DNA of 32,056 nt from Chiloscyllium plagiosum (taxonomy: Eukaryota), in NCBI RefSeq assembly GCF_004010195.1, contig NW_025215092.1:9197-41252 (forward strand), written 5' to 3'. The notes under the pieces are model-generated. The model saw nothing but the letters and a program-made list of their open reading frames with translations, ran no database searches and was not told the origin of the DNA. Every line of letters starts with the position of its first letter. The stretch's first letter is position 1. This document shows, piece by piece, positions 11,436-23,269 of this stretch. The position numbers and the translations under genes are program-made.

Positions 11436-12556
11436 AAGAATGGGAAGCCACATATTAATAAAATCAGATTAACTAATAATGAGGGAAATGTTAGTACATG
11501 ATAATATATGCAAATAGGCCTCTCACTGCTTACTAGTGAGATTCTCATTTTGCTGTTCAAAGGAAAATGCAACTTGCTTTCCACACAGAGAATCTCCTTT
11601 CTGCTGATTTCACCCAATTTTCCAAATGCTCTCACCAATACCTAACTGTATCTAACTTTCCATGGTTTCCTCTCTCGATATACATGATAATAAAAGCTGT
11701 AAAAGGTACTATCCTGGATGCTATGGCCTGAAATGTTAATTTGAATGAGATTTCTGGATTCATTATTTAAATATGGGACTTTATTTTAATAACCTTAATT
11801 TTTCATACCTCTATTAAAGCAATGTAATAGGATTTGAGTAATCAGATGTTTGCTGATAATCTTAAAAACAAAACTGTTTAAAGGCTGGGTTTTTGAGAAA
11901 TGGGGAGACTCCATGGACTTCCTGACTTCTACAGTCCTATTCCACAAGCCTATATTAAAAATTGCATCATAGAAAGGCTGATAATTAATTTGCCAGTCAG
12001 GTCATTTGTATCTCTGTGACAATTGTCAGCATATTTGACTTGATTCTTAATTGTTGTGTCCCTTCCTGCTTATATTACTTCCTGTTATGAAGTAGCATTT
12101 CTTGTCTTCCAGTTTCCTTCTCAATGAAGGGTCCACATTAAACCAAAATATTCAGTCCATTCCTACTCTTTTCAATTGAATACTGTTCCGACCCTTCCAG
12201 AATTTTGCATTTTTAGTTTATACTTGCAGGATGAACAGTTTTTTTTTCTTGACTACCAATAACATCAAAAGCAGATTTTAACACTTTTCTGTTGCTGATT
12301 ATTTTAATAGATTGTTTGTGTTAAATAGGAAAGGTGCTGATACAAATCAAAAATTCTGCCATTTGGCCTCAGAATAATTCTATTTTATTTCAAGAAGATT
12401 CACAGTAGAATGCCAATGCACCCAAGCTTCCAGACAAGTAATTCTGATATTGATGGAATAAGGACTTAGCAGCTGAAATGTGGCAAACAGCAACTGCTGG
12501 TTATAATGTGAATTCCAGTCTAGCAGATCAACAATTCCTATTACTTAGAGTACAAT

Positions 12557-13756
12557 AGGTCAGTGGGGAAGGAGATGAAGGTGATAAGTCAGGGAGGAGA
12601 GGGTGGAGTGGATAGGTGGAAAAGGAGCTGGGCAGGTTGGACAAGTCCGGACAGGTCAGGGGATCGAGTTGCTGGAGGTTAGAGGCTGGGATGAGGTGGG
12701 GGAAGGGGAAATGAGGGAACTGTTGAAATCCACATTGATGCCCTGGGGTTGAAGTGTTCCGAGGCGGAAGATGAGGCGTTCTTCCTCCAGGCGTCTGGTG
12801 GTGAGGGAGCGGCGGTGGAGGAGGCCCAGCACCTCCATATCCTCGGCAGAGTGGGAGGGGGAGTTGAAATGTTGAGCCACTGGGCGATTTGGTTGATTGG
12901 TGCGGGTGTCTCGGAGATGTTCCCTAAAGTGCTCTGCTAGGAGGCGCCCAGTCTCCCCAATGTAGAGGAGACCGCATCGGGAGCAACGGATACAGTAGAT
13001 GATATTAGTGGATGTGCAGGTAAAACTTTGATGGATGTGGAAAGCTCCTTTGGGGCCTTGGATGGAGGTGAGGGAGGAGGTGTGGGCGCTGGTTTTACAG
13101 TTCCTGCGGTGGCAGGGGAATGTGCCAGGATGGGAGGGTGGGTCGTAGGGGGGCGTGGACCTGACCAGGTAGTCACGGAGGGGACGGTCTTTGCGGAAGG
13201 CGGAGAGGGGTGGGGAGGGGAATATATCCCTGGTGGTGGGGTCTGTTTGGAGGTGGCGGAAATGTCGGCGGATGATTTGGTTTATGCGAAGGTTGGTAGG
13301 GTGGAAGGTGTGCACCAGGGGCGTTCTGTCCTTGTTGCGGTTGGAGGGGTTGGGTCTGAGGGCGGAGGTGCGGGATGTGGACGAGATGCATTGGAGGGCA
13401 TCTTTAACCACGAGGGAAGAGAAATTGCGGTCTCTAATGAAGGTGGCCATCTGGTGTGTTCTGTGGTGGAACTGGTCCTCCTGGGAGGAGATACGGTGGA
13501 GGCGGAGGAATTGGGAATACGGGATGGCATTTTTGCAAGAGGTAGGGTGGGAAGAGGTGTAATCCAGGTAGCTGTGGGAGTCGGTGGGTTTGTAGAAGAT
13601 GTCAGTGTCAAGTCGGTCGTCACTGATGGAGATGGAGAGGTCCAGGAAGGGGAGGGAGGAGTCAGAAGATGGTCCAGTAAATTTAAGGTCAGGGTGGAAT
13701 GTGTTGGTGAAGTTGATGAATTGCTCAACCTCCTCGCGGGAGCACGAGGTGGCGCT
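12557..13756 (-). mobile_element. Young Penelope-like element fragment: RT C-terminus/thumb plus GIY-YIG endonuclease in one open frame
   Basis: ORF 12656..13891 has LPFLD, YKPTDSHSYLDYTSSHP, IPYSQFLR, FTCTSTNIIYCIRCSRCGLLYIGETGR..RF-like HFREH, LQPQGIN. Homology starts at ATSCSREE, so the catalytic YxDD is missing. Confidence 0.95.
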
Positions 13757-14145
13757 TCCTGATCCTAGTTCGGATGTTCTTTTGCTCTTAACACTATCTC
13801 CCAGCTCTTGGCCCATACTCTGGAGGCTATGACTACACAAGAGACAGATCTGAAGCGTTCTCCCGTCCTCCGAGAGTCTCTGAGGGAACAAGCCTTTCTG
13901 GTTGGAGTTCCAGATTTTCAGTGAGAAGAGAAATCCCCTCGAAGTTCCCCTTAGTTTGGAACTGCAAAGTGGACCAGGTCAGTCACATGGAAGTGAAAAG
14001 CAGGCCAGATGTGCTCTCTTCTCCATTTCGGAATGACGTGAGGGAGTATATTGTGCCCTTTATCAGATTACCGTGCTATCCCTACTAGCTGCTAACAAGG
14101 TGTGGGCTGCCTATGATTGGGTTATACAGAGAGTGCCCCAGCACT

Positions 14146-14378
14146 GATTGGTTAGCTCAGCTGGCTAGGCAGTGGTTTATAATGGAAAGTGCAAACCAAC
14201 AGCGGAGGTTCACTTCCCAAACTGATTGAGGGTACCATGAAGAGCTGTCCTTCTCAACCAAACCCCTTGCCTGAGATTTAGTGACTGCACCCCCACCCCG
14301 GTTAAAGTGTCACCTGTCAACGTTCTCTAATGAGGAGCTGCCTTATGGGGTATTAAGTTTATGGTGATATTACATTCC
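14146..14378 (+). mobile_element. Decayed tRNA-derived SINE
   Basis: A box TAGCTCAGCTGG and B-box-like GGTTCACTTCC with tRNA spacing, then a non-tRNA body. Confidence 0.7.
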
Positions 14379-14379
14379 C

Positions 14380-14870
14380 TTGCATCTGGAGCACTGTAGA
14401 CACGACTGCTTACCATGCGAACAGAAGAATGTTAATGTATTGGAAGCATCAGAGATAGTTTACTGGACTCATAGCCCCTGGAATGAGCATTGTTTATGAT
14501 GAGAAAAGGGCCCTTGTGTGATCAATAGCAGGCAAAGTCAGGATATGGTATGATAAACCATTTCCACTGAATGGAAATTCTGAAGCAAAGGAGAAAAATT
14601 TTAGAATGAGGGCCAGAGTGTTCAGGAGAAATGTGAGGAAATACTTTGACACACAAAGGGTGGGAGAGGTTTGGAACTCTCTTCCACAAACTGCAGCGGA
14701 TGCTAGATAAGTTGCTGATTTAAGATCTGATATTGATAAGAATTTTTATCAAGCAAAGGTATTCAGGGTTATGGGCCAAGGATGGGTAAACGGGTTTAGG
14801 TCACCCATGATCACATTGAATAGTAGAACAAGTTTGAGGGGCTGAATGGCTTACTCCTGTTCCTATATCT
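14380..14870 (+). mobile_element. Decayed CR1 3' portion
   Basis: ACACAAAGGGTGGGAGAGGTTTGGAACTCTCTTCC (TQRV..VWNSLP) and 3' end GGGGCTGAATGGCTTACTCCTGTTCCTAT. Confidence 0.8.
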
Positions 14871-15146
14871 CCCTGAAATGGTCATGGATATTAATGAGGC
14901 TAAGTCTCAGAGATGCATCACATTGGATTTAATGGAGGGAAGGACAGGTGCCAGCACAGAGTGGAGGCGGCTGATGCGCCGTGGCGAGGGGAAGGATGAT
15001 GGAGGCTGTTCCAACCCTCTGGGAGCTGCCATATTTGATGCTGGAAGCTCCTGAACCTGGTTGGAAGGGAAGCCGATGACTTCTTCGAATACGCAGATGT
15101 GTTTGTGCAGTCCCTCAGTGATCAACGGCTCCTCCATTCTACGCCA

Positions 15147-15560
15147 CAGGGGGTGTGGTCTATTACCAGGGAACCCAGGTTCACAATGGCTAGGGGATGG
15201 GATCTGTTACTCTGGTAACCAGAGTCACATAGATTAGGGGGCGGTATTTGTTACTGGGGAAATCAGGTTCACAGCCACAAGTAGGCGTGTTCTGTTACCG
15301 GGGAAACCAGGGTCACAATGGTCGGGGGTGGGACCTGTTACCAGGGAAACCATGTTCACAGCTGTAAGTGGGCGTGGTCTGGTACCGGGGAAACCAGGGT
15401 GACAATGGTCAGGGTTGGGGCCTATTATGGGGCAACGACAGTCACTGCGGTCAGTGGGGACAGGGATTGTTACTGGGAATACCGGGTTCACATTAGTGAG
15501 GGGGCGATGTGTGCTAACGGGTTCAGAGTGGTCAGAGGGCAGGTTCTGTAACCAGGGTGT
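15147..15560. repeat. Diverged ~44-bp minisatellite, about 9-10 units
   Basis: Recurring GGGG(C/T)GTGGTCTGTTACC(A/G)GGGAAACCAGGGTCACA-like unit. Confidence 0.85.
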
Positions 15561-15639
15561 GGGATATAGGTAAAGCAGTATTAATTCTACAACCATAATT
15601 GCTTATGCAAGGTAAATGAACTAACACCAGTGTATAATT

Positions 15640-16910
15640 GTTTCAGCCAAGAGCAAGTGGGGAGAATGTCAGTGTCTGCAGAACGTCCGAGACAGGTCAA
15701 ATGTGTGGTTAAAAATTTGCCATGTGGAATATAAAGAGGAGAAATGTCAGGTGTTGTACTTTAACAGGAAGACTAGAAGAGTTGAATATGATTTAAATGG
15801 AGAAAGACTGCAGTTAACTACAGAACAAAGGGATTTGGGAATCCACATCTGTGAATCAGACAAAGCCAGTATCTGAGTTCAGTGGGTATCAGGGAACACA
15901 AATGGAATGCTGGAACCAATATCAGAAATTGCTGGAAAAACGCAGTTCTGACTATTTCTGATTCACATGAGGATTCCCAAATCCCTCTGTTCTGTAGCTT
16001 TCTGCAGTCTTTCTCTATTTAAATCATATTCAACTCTCTAGGCTTCCTGTCAAAGTACAACACCTGACATTTCTCCTCATATTCGGCATGGTAAGTTTTC
16101 ACCCACACATTTGACCTGAAATCAATATTCGAAATTACTGGAAAAACACAGATCTGAAGAAGAGTCATTGGACCTGGAATGTTAACTCTGTTTTCTCTCC
16201 ACAGATTCTGCCTGACTTACTGAGTTCTTCCATCAATTTCTGAGTTAGTTTATGATTTCCAGCAACAACAGTCCTTTGTTTTTTTTAATGCAACGTTGGT
16301 CTTTATTTCAATGGGAATGTAGCACAGCGATAGGGAGATTTTGCTACAACTCTTCAAGGCAGTTGGGGAATGTTGTGAACAGTTTTGGTCTCTTTATCAA
16401 AGGAAAGATAGATTGGAGACAGACCAGAGAGGGTTCACTCGGCTGATCCCAGGGATGGAGGAATTGTCTAATGGGGAGGTGTTGAGTCGGTTGGCTCTGC
16501 ACTCAATGGAGTTTCAAAGAATGTGAGGCGACTTTATTGAGATGGACAAGATTCTTCGAGAACTTGCTAGGGGAGGCGTGGAAAGTTTTTCCCTTGTTGG
16601 AGTGTCGAGGACGAGAGAGTATAGTCTGAGAATAAGGGATCACCCATTTCAGTCAGATATGAGGAGGAATATCTTGCTTCTGAGGGGAGTGAATCTGTGG
16701 AACTCTTTACCACAGAGTGCTGCCGAGGCAGGATCATGGAATATATTCAAGGTTGAGACAGACATGTTGTTTCATCAGGAAGGGAATTGAAGGGTTATGG
16801 AGAAAAGGCACGATTGCAGAATGAAAGATTATCAGATCAATCATGATTCCATTGAATGGCAGAACAGAGTCAATGTGCGGAATGGCCTTCGTTTTCTCCT
16901 GTGCCTGATG
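15640..16910 (+). mobile_element. Decayed CR1 interrupted at ~15913-16286 by a complex PLE-derived insertion
   Basis: ORFs QRGFTRLIPGM..LSRLALHSMEF and SRTREYSLRIR..RGVNLWNSLPQ; CR1 sequence resumes at ~16287. Confidence 0.8.
16119..16286 (+). mobile_element. PLE terminal-repeat remnant
   Basis: CTGAAGAAGAGTCATTGGACCTGGAATGTTAACTCTGTTTTCTCTCCACAGA..CTGAGTT; its head GAAATT(A/G)CTGGAAAAAC also occurs at ~15925. Confidence 0.7.
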
Positions 16911-17744
16911 GTCTTAAAATGACTATTTCGGGAGGATTTTTCAAACGATGGCAATCTCACGCACATTGCCAATCTGCTAATTGTACCTTTATTCTTGTAA
17001 GGAGGGGACACAACATTTCAGACCAGAGACACTGCTCAGGGCTCCTTCTCAAACAGGCCCATAGAAACACATCAATGTGAGTGCATCTGCAATTATGTTA
17101 TAGCAGCAACAATTTAGCATTTAAGATTACTGTTATAAACTCTGAGAATCTGAACCTCTAATTCCCCGGTTAGTGTTATCCAAATGTGGGATCGTTGATA
17201 TAGGCAGGTCATTATAACCTTCTTTGGTAACAATTGTCTTTGACAGTTTATTGAATTAGTTAATTCTAAAATACGAATGCATACCGTACATTAGAATACA
17301 GATAATTGTGACAATGCTGTCCTGCTTAAATTTCTACACGTTTTTAAATCTGCAATTAAAATAATTCATTTGATACCACACGATTGAGTGAAAACTGTCC
17401 TCACAATCCTGTCTAATTTCTTTCGAAGGGTTATGGAGAATGTTTTTGTCTCAAATTTTCAACGGAGAATTAGTGATGTCACAGCTCCCTGGGGCCATGA
17501 TCAGGAAAACAAGCACTGCTATTCTCACAGTTGTTTCAGAAGTTAATGATTTCAAGCTATACTGAGCATTCCTCAATGTAAATGTCTTTTAGACGAAAGT
17601 TAACAGAAAACATAGAGCAGGCTTCTGCACTGATTGGAACTTACAGATTATCACAAGTAATTAGACTCCAGCTATAGCCAAACTATTATGAGCAATCAGC
17701 CCATAACCCAACGAATTAAACGTCTAATCCTTTAAGACCCACTC

Positions 17745-17880
17745 TTACACACAAGCATGCACATATATGCATGCACACATACACAGAAACACAGACACCC
17801 ATTCACACACAGAGACTAGCAACCACCCTAATACACAAACACACCCACTCTCATAGCCACACATAGGCACAGTAGACAAA
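17745..17880. repeat. Degenerate (CA)n microsatellite
   Basis: CA-rich low-complexity run. Confidence 0.75.
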
Positions 17881-18661
17881 AATGAGGGTGTAATAGATAG
17901 CAGGAATGTTCTGTAGTTCCTCTTCACATGGAAGATGAGATGATTGCATTGGTTCTTGTGCTGCTCAGATTTCTGCTTCCCAGTCTTCCTTCTCTGGGGG
18001 CTCTCAGTGATCTACAAGAGGCACACTGACTGGGTGATACTTCTAAATGGTCTCTATCAGACTCATTAAAAGGCAAAGCTCAGAGGAACTGCTGAAGGAA
18101 CAATAAAACAGATTTTCTTCAAGTTTTCAGTAGCTTTTACTGCAGAGAACAGAGAGAGCTCCTGAGCAAGTGGAAGTCTGAAGGCGTCTCTGTATCGGAT
18201 TCATAGCACCAACTTGTTCAGCTTCCTGAGAACCAATCACATCACTGCTGGTAGGCTCATTGATAATTGTTCACATGCTCACAAAACAATCATCTGCTTG
18301 CTGCAATGCGAAATTCCATCTGTAAATGAGTCAGATTATTGACAATCACATTTCAATCATCGGGTAACTCTCGATGTTAGGTGAATTGATTTCAAATCAT
18401 GCATCAATCCTCCACTAATCCCCTGTATTTAAACTGGCTCTTTTCTCATTTTAAGGCCACAATTAAACTCCAGATTTGTTCAAAGATGATCGTTATATGC
18501 CTTCGAAGCATGAAATGCAATAACAAAAATGCATTTCCTTACGGAATAAATAACATACAAAAAATAGAACACAAGATTGCAATCCATATATTCTTTTTCC
18601 TCTCTTACAATGTTATAGAATTTGAGTATTCCTTAAATCTTTCCCTTATTCCAGCATTTAA

Positions 18662-19210
18662 CACTTGGGACATCAGCAATTGTGTTCCGTGGTCCAGCAA
18701 TAGTCAATACCTCTACATTAAGTGGTTGCAACAATAGATTCCATCAGAATAGTCTTGCATTATTTATTTGAAAGTTTTCAATGGAGGCCAGTGAATTATT
18801 ATCAGTGTAACTTGGTATTACACTGTTCTTTGTTGGATATAAATTTCAAAGTGTTACAGAGCAAACAAAGCCCACTTTTTTCTATCCGAGAGTATTTTTC
18901 CAATGACTGGCATTGTTTCTCAGAGAAGTACCCTATGGGTTTCTCTATCCCTGATTAAACAACCTGTAACAAGGCAGTACAAAGCCCCAAGTCACCAGCA
19001 CCAAACTACATCTTGAAAAGTCTGGAAAAATCAGGGCTGTCCAACATTGGTTCATTTTTTTCAAATTGTCTTCATCGTTTCAAAGGCAGTGTTGTATTCT
19101 GCGAAACAAACAACGTTTTAATTGTTTCCTTCACAAATTTGTTAAAGGCACCGCCATCCAGCTATAATTATACACAAATTTTCAATAAACGCACACATTG
19201 CTATAAATCT
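18662..19210 (-). mobile_element. Decayed Ty3/Gypsy pol fragment (RT connection and RNase H)
   Basis: Manual minus-strand translation: EPMLDSPDFSRLFKM*FGAGDLGLCTALLQ..GIEKPIGYFSEK and NARLF*WNLLLQPLNVEVLTIAGPRNTIADVPS, matching Ty3 RNase H motifs with stops. Confidence 0.85.
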
Positions 19211-19284
19211 ACTAATTTCTCATTCAGGTCCAGCGACTATGAATTCTGTTAGAGTCTTCAGTTTTGCTATCCTCAGCAACATTT

Positions 19285-19545
19285 ATGTGTGTGTGTGTGT
19301 GTCTGTGTGTGTGTGTGTCTGTCTGTCTGTCTTTGAGCATTTCTGTCGCTATAACTATGTGTATGACTATCTTGGTGTGCCTGTTCGTATCTATGTTCCT
19401 ATTAGTGTACATTGGTGTCTGTATTACAGTGCCTTTTTGTTTATGTGTATATGTTGATGCGCATGTTGATGCTCATATTGATGCAAGATTCAATGTGTGT
19501 TTTTGTGTGTGTTTGCGTGCCTGTTCTTGCATGTGTACTTGTGTC
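19285..19545. repeat. (TG)n microsatellite and degenerate TG-rich tract
   Basis: Direct dinucleotide run at 19286-19318 decaying rightward. Confidence 0.9.
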
Positions 19546-20754
19546 CATCTCTGCCTGCAATGGGAATCACTTTGTCCGAATGGAAGTTCGAACAAATAAC
19601 TTAAAATGCTTTGAAACAAAGGCTCAGAGTTCTGTCTCTCTTTCGGTCTATTTCTCGTGTGTTTCAAGTGATACAATACCATGATCTGCTGGATTCCCCA
19701 TGCCACTGCACAAACATCTGATTTATTTTGGAAAAAACATCCAAGGCTGTGAATGTCTCAAATTGCACGTTTGTTGCATTCTTCAAAGTTTCATTAAAAG
19801 CTTCTGCCAAAAACTTCGATTCTCCTGCTCTTTAAGTGCTGACTGGCTGCGCCTCTCCAACATCATACTTTTGTTCTCTGTCTGTCTGTGTGTTTCTTTG
19901 TGTGTCTGTGTGTTGATGATGCTGTCCGTTTGGATTATGTTGTGAGCTGCTGCTTTCTCTCTCTCCCTGTCTCTCTCGAACTGAATCCTTGAGGGAATGA
20001 ATCGTCCACAACACCACATGTAGTGGCACGGAGAGTACAGGAGAGGGCAGTATTGTTTTTTTAAATCTTCCCTCCCTGACAGGAAATACATGTTTGCGGG
20101 CTGCAATGGTGTAGCAGCCCAATTGAATTTCTAAGCTTGATGTTAAAAAAGAAAGCCCAGCTTTTGTTATTATTCATAAGTTTTAGTTACTCATAACATA
20201 AGAAATTCATGATTCAAGATATTTTACTGTGTTACTGAACTTCTCTCTGAACCGAGACACTTTTGCTGCATAACCTCCCCCTGCACATTCCAGAATGTAA
20301 CAATAAGATTTTCACCCCGAAAAAAGAACTGCACTGTGTGAGTGGAAGTGGTCAGGGTTGAGTGCGTTTGAATTTGAAGATTTTCACACCCACCCCAGAT
20401 TGTCGTCCAGCCCAATCACTCCAGAGATTATGGAGTTTGGACAGATACTGAGCTCAAATGCCCCTTGAAGAGCAGAGAGATGTCTGTGATTTTGTTTGGT
20501 TGCAAGGTCGCTATTTGAATTAGTATAACAGATTCTTCCAGTTCTCAGCCCCAACTCTGACAGGTGCAGAATCCCATTAGAAACTTCACCTCAACTCAGT
20601 AACAGGACTGGAGAATCGTCTGTCAAAACATCAAACTCACCCCCTCTACTTGTTTCAGGTAGTGTTGTACCAATTCCTGATCTAAGCCACAACAGGATCA
20701 GGATATAGGACATCTGTTTGAGATTTTGGAGTGCAGGCTCACAGCTCCTTGAAA

Positions 20755-21398
20755 GTGAAGTCACAGGTAGATTGGATAGTGAAGAAAGCATGCTTTCGTT
20801 TATAGGTCAGAACACTTAGCATAGGAGTTGGAAAGTCATGCTGCGGTTGTATAGGACATTGGTGAGGCCACTTCTGGACTATTGTATTCCATTCTGGTCT
20901 CCCTGGTATAGTAAGGATGCTGTGACACTTGAAATGGATCAGAAAAGATTAACAAGACTGCTGCTAACAGGGAGAGACTGAATAGGCTGGGGTTGGTTTC
21001 GCTGGAGCATTGCAGGCTGAGTGGTGAACTTATAGAGGTTTATAAAATCATGGGGGGCATGGATAGGATTAATAGAGAAGATCTTTGCCCTGAGATGGGG
21101 GAGTCCAGGACGAGAGGACATAGTTTGAGGGCGAGAACGAAAAAATTAAAAAGCATCTTGAGGGGCAACGTTTTCACACAGAGGGTGGTGCGTGGATGGA
21201 CTGAGCAGCCAGAGGGAGTGGTGGAAACTGGTGCAATTATAAAATTTAAAAGGCATGGGCATATGAATAGGAAGGATTTAGAGGGATATGGGCCAAGTAC
21301 TGGCAAATGCGATTCGATTAAGTTTGGATAAGTGGTCCGCCTGGACGAGTTGAACCAAAGGGTATATTTCAATACCGTACGATTCTAAGACTCTATGA
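20755..21398 (+). mobile_element. CR1 3' fragment
   Basis: ORF RLSGELIEVYKIM..SRTRGHSL..GNVFTQRVVRGW; tail GATTCTAAGACTCTATGA. Confidence 0.9.
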
Positions 21399-22333
21399 GA
21401 ACCTGCATAAGATTTGAAGTAAAACTACTTCTTTTGTCTTATGCAGGTGCAGCAGATCAGAGCAGGTAGGGCTCCCTTAGTGTCAGTGCATGAGTTTTAG
21501 GACAGGTGTGATATTTATACTGTAAATCAACAATCCATGCATCACCAATGTCTGGACATGCAGGGATCTGGAGGGAGATGTGTCAAGGTTTTAATCAACT
21601 GACCAGAGACTGTGAGGAGAAAGAATTTCCACATGGTTTGGTAGTTACATAAAATCATGCAAGTCAGAAATGACCACATATGCCACAATTCTGTTGCATC
21701 ACAAAACTTTCACAACTGAACAAGTATCCACTGCCGTTTGTAGAAGAAAGTTCCAAACATCTCCCGCCCTATGCATGTCAAAGTGCTTCCTACCATCACG
21801 CTGGCTCATTCCCGTCCAAGTTCACAGACTCTGCTCCCTCTTTCTAGATTCACAAAGTACTGGAAGTAGTTCATCTTTATCTATCCTATCGTTCTGGAGA
21901 ATATCTTGTGGGACTTCACTCAGACCAATCCTTAACCTTTCTAGTTTGAGAGAAAACTGGCATTATTTGTGTAACAAAACACAAAGAGCTGGAGAAACTG
22001 AGGACAGGCAGGAAATGTGGGAGAGAAATATGTGCAAACACTTTGAGCCCAGTGTCCCATTGTCAGAATTCATGCCACATACCCTCACGCCGTATGAATC
22101 CGGAGCAGATGACAGAACACTGAAATCAGAGAATGCTGCAGCAGCAGTGAGGTTGGGTGTCTCTGTTAGTGGACAATTGTACCGAGAATTCTGCTCAGTG
22201 AATCGCTGTCTTATTCCCTGTGTCTGGATAAGGCTGACCAGTCCGTGAGCTGGAGACATTATTGTTAAAAAGATAAGAGCGGAGAACAGAACAGCAACAG
22301 ATTAAAACAAGTTCAATTCTCATACAGCTATAC

Positions 22334-22400
22334 CAGGAACACCAATAAAAGCGAGGATGGTGTAGTACGCCTTCTCCACATGTTGGATTGGCCAATACAT
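22334..22400 (-). CDS. First coding exon of a GPR139/142-like GPCR (MYWPIQHVEKAYYTILAFIGVP + G, phase-1 donor)
   Basis: ATG at 22400, 67 nt open, ending GTT CCT G|GTATAG. YY.ILA.IGVP is the first half of TM1 in this family, and the phase matches the acceptor type at 4466. Confidence 0.8.
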
Positions 22401-23269
22401 ATTTCGGTGCGAGGTGATCTGTCCCTTCAGGCAGCTGACCAGCTCCTTGTTTGAATATCTGAACTGATGCATTCACAGAGACGCTGCCTCTTGCTGTGTG
22501 GAAGCTCCTTGGGTGATCGAGGTGACAGCATTACTCAGCTTTATTGCTGTTTTTCAAATTTCTGCCAATGAACTAATTACAATAACAAGTGTAATCCCAT
22601 TTATGAAGGAATGTTGCTGCTCATGCATTGTAACAAAACACACGAAAACAGAATCTGGAATCTGCCAGCAATAACACTGTCCACTCAAACATCATAAGCA
22701 CAGTCCCACGGTTACAAAATATTTCAACTGATGCTGCATTGAGACAGTTTATTCCAATGTGAAAATATGTCTCAGAGCTGTCTTTCTGTCCTCGAGGGAA
22801 GGAGCTGCCCTCTTTAAACAAGAACATTTCACTCACTGATTGAAATTGGAAACTTCTCACACACGGAATGTGGGCATTGCTGTTGAGGTCAGTATTTATT
22901 CCCTATTTCCTATTACTCACAAGAAGTACCAAGGCAGGAGAACATACAGCCTTTCCGGAGGGAAGGGGACTCAGTTATGGACGCGCCATTTTCAGCTGCT
23001 TCTTTGAGTAAATAAGTCCAAGGGCATTGTCCCCAGATGAGATCTTGTCAAACTCTCCTTTCATGTGGGAATTTCACATCTTTTCCTGTAGATTTCAGTT
23101 AAATCCAACCTAATAACATGTGCAAACAAAATTTGATTTGCCCAAAAGTTTAGATTTTCTTGTCCAGTTCTTCATTCTTTTTGACTTTCCTCTCGTCGGT
23201 CAAACTGCATCACCATGAAGAATGAGAATGGTGGTTGAGGGATAATGGGAATTTCACTGCAATAAATGT

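Noticed and set aside
13028..13762. 244-aa Gly-rich plus-strand ORF and overlapping ORFs
   Set aside because: Antisense shadows of the C-rich PLE coding strand.
19224..20122. Cluster of Cys/Val- or His/Thr-rich ORFs
   Set aside because: Translations of TG/CA microsatellites.
21670..22248. 192-aa plus-strand ORF
   Set aside because: No domain-like features; overlaps decayed repeat remnants within the presumed GPCR intron.
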